This document shows, in pieces, positions 62,500-64,000 of a stretch of DNA of 64,000 nucleotides. Every line of letters begins with the position of its first letter. Positions within the stretch are counted from its first letter, which is position 1. The notes beneath the pieces were generated by a model, which was not told the origin of the DNA, made no database searches, and saw only the letters and a list, made by a program, of their open reading frames with translations. Made by a program: the position numbers and the translations under genes. Origin of the DNA: Ophelia neglecta (Eukaryota); assembly GCA_965285935.1 (NCBI GenBank), contig OZ260665.1:44392001-44456000 (forward strand), given 5' to 3'.

Positions 62500-63650
62500 G
62501 ATGATTCTCTCCAGCGTACAAACCTGTAGAACTTCTACGGAAACGGCTCTGCTCCCTGATGAAAATGCCATATATGTATCTTTACAACCATGGATGGGAG
62601 ATGCTTCGTGATTCTCGTCCTCCTTGACTTAGGTGCAGCCTTGATAACATTGACCATAACATTCTGGTTGACAGAATGGAACCAAGATTAGGGGCCAAGA
62701 GGGCCGCACTGGGATGGTTTCGATGCTGACAGGCAGTCTTAGTTGGAGTATTGCAATCAGATACGGTGTGAGATACACTTTGGGATTCCCCCAGGGAGCG
62801 ATCCTCTGACCTCAATACTCTTCTTGATCAATATATACGCTGTCCCTGGTATACCACCATTCACCGTCATAGGTTGATATTCTTCACATCTATGCCGATG
62901 ACACCTAGAATATTTTCGCGGTGAAGCGTTTATCTGAATCGGTTGAGCATGTCATCGCAGCATTGAACGCTATTGAGTTGCTGTCAAGAAGTGGATGATC
63001 CTTAACTTTCTGTAACTCAACTCGGACAATACAGAGATCTAGGGAAAGACCAATCAACGGGCTTATTGCATTACCCCTTCCCTTTAGTGGGAGGCAAGAC
63101 GGTGCTTGATCGCACAGACCTGTCCGTAATCTGGATGTCATGTTTAACTACTCCCTCGCCATGGACACGTGTGTCGAGTGTGGCTAATTAGACAACAACA
63201 TTCCACCTCTCACCTCTCATTCCAAATCTCACGTTTCCGCCTATCATTAAACATTGATACCACAAAAAGGATTTCCATTTCTCTGATTGTGTCTCGACTG
63301 GGCCACTGATATTGTTTGTTGAGTGGTGTTTCATTGACGTTAATTGCCAGGTATTATTTCTCATGAACAATGCAAAATACCAACCATGCTTAGTTTTTTG
63401 TCAGATTTACCGGCTCAAGGTTACGTTTTTATCAGATTTCCCTACCCAAGCGTATGTTTTTGTCCTATGGCCAAGGGTATGGTTTTGGAACCTCTATCTG
63501 CACACCTGTCTGCAATGTTTGGAAGAGTCCTTCCGACCCAACCCCTCAACCCCCCCCCCCCCCCCAACCCCCACCTGTCTGATACGATCAGGCTTTAAAC
63601 GCTTTTATAATGCAACCAATTTTTAAAACCATGCTCTTTAGAAATGCTCA
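62500..63650 (+). mobile_element. Degenerate L2/CR1-clade LINE reverse transcriptase fragment
   Basis: Frameshifted motifs in order: STETALL, VILVLLDLGAA.DNIDHNILVDRME..LG....ALGWF, GIPQGS, YADDT, RNLDVMF and terminal KTMLFRNA. Confidence 0.8.
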
Positions 63651-64000
63651 CCTGTTATAGTGAAAACTCAATTCTATATAATTTGACATTGTTTAAGCTA
63701 CATATAGGTGGAGTTTGCTTGATAAAAGAGCAAAGAGAAACACTATAGGCCGCACTATTAAGTGTTATTGGCATGTGTTGCAAGAAAAGCCACCCAAAGC
63801 CCCCGAAAGCCACCTTTTTATCTCTGAGGCGGTTAACGAGAAACAACTTGTTGTAGGCAAATTTCAAGGTGTACTGGCTAAATGACAGACATTTTGAACA
63901 ATATCCCCGTCCTAGGTTTCATATGACGTATGAAGCACGTAACTGACAAAGTACCAAGTGCCAAGAATCGGAAAATCCTATGTTATGCGAGTCGTACATT

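Overview
AT-rich eukaryotic genomic DNA with spliced genes, most likely a marine invertebrate such as a mollusc or other lophotrochozoan (taxon inferred, not proven). I reconstructed five protein-coding genes by hand, four of them spliced with phase-consistent GT-AG introns. They are ECSIT (-, 4 coding exons), F8A1/HAP40 (+, 7 exons, head-to-head with ECSIT), MBOAT7/LPIAT1 (-, 7 exons), an iodothyronine deiodinase-like selenoprotein (+) and a raftlin-like gene (-, 7 exons). The ORF track splits the deiodinase at an in-frame TGA, and a type II SECIS lies in its 3' UTR. The window also holds several MITEs with clear target-site duplications, SINE/LINE remnants and tandem repeats. Two things stand out. 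(1) The deiodinase keeps Sec and SECIS but has an unusual active site (FGSVS-U-YPF, EAHPIDGA, YAALPMR), no recycling cysteines and no visible N-terminal membrane anchor. (2) A 503-bp near-perfect palindromic Mutator-like element with a 10-bp TSD carries a CTCF-consensus site in its 29-nt spacer and sits next to the ECSIT/HAP40 bidirectional promoter. Positions 1-10000 have no gene I could confidently reconstruct.
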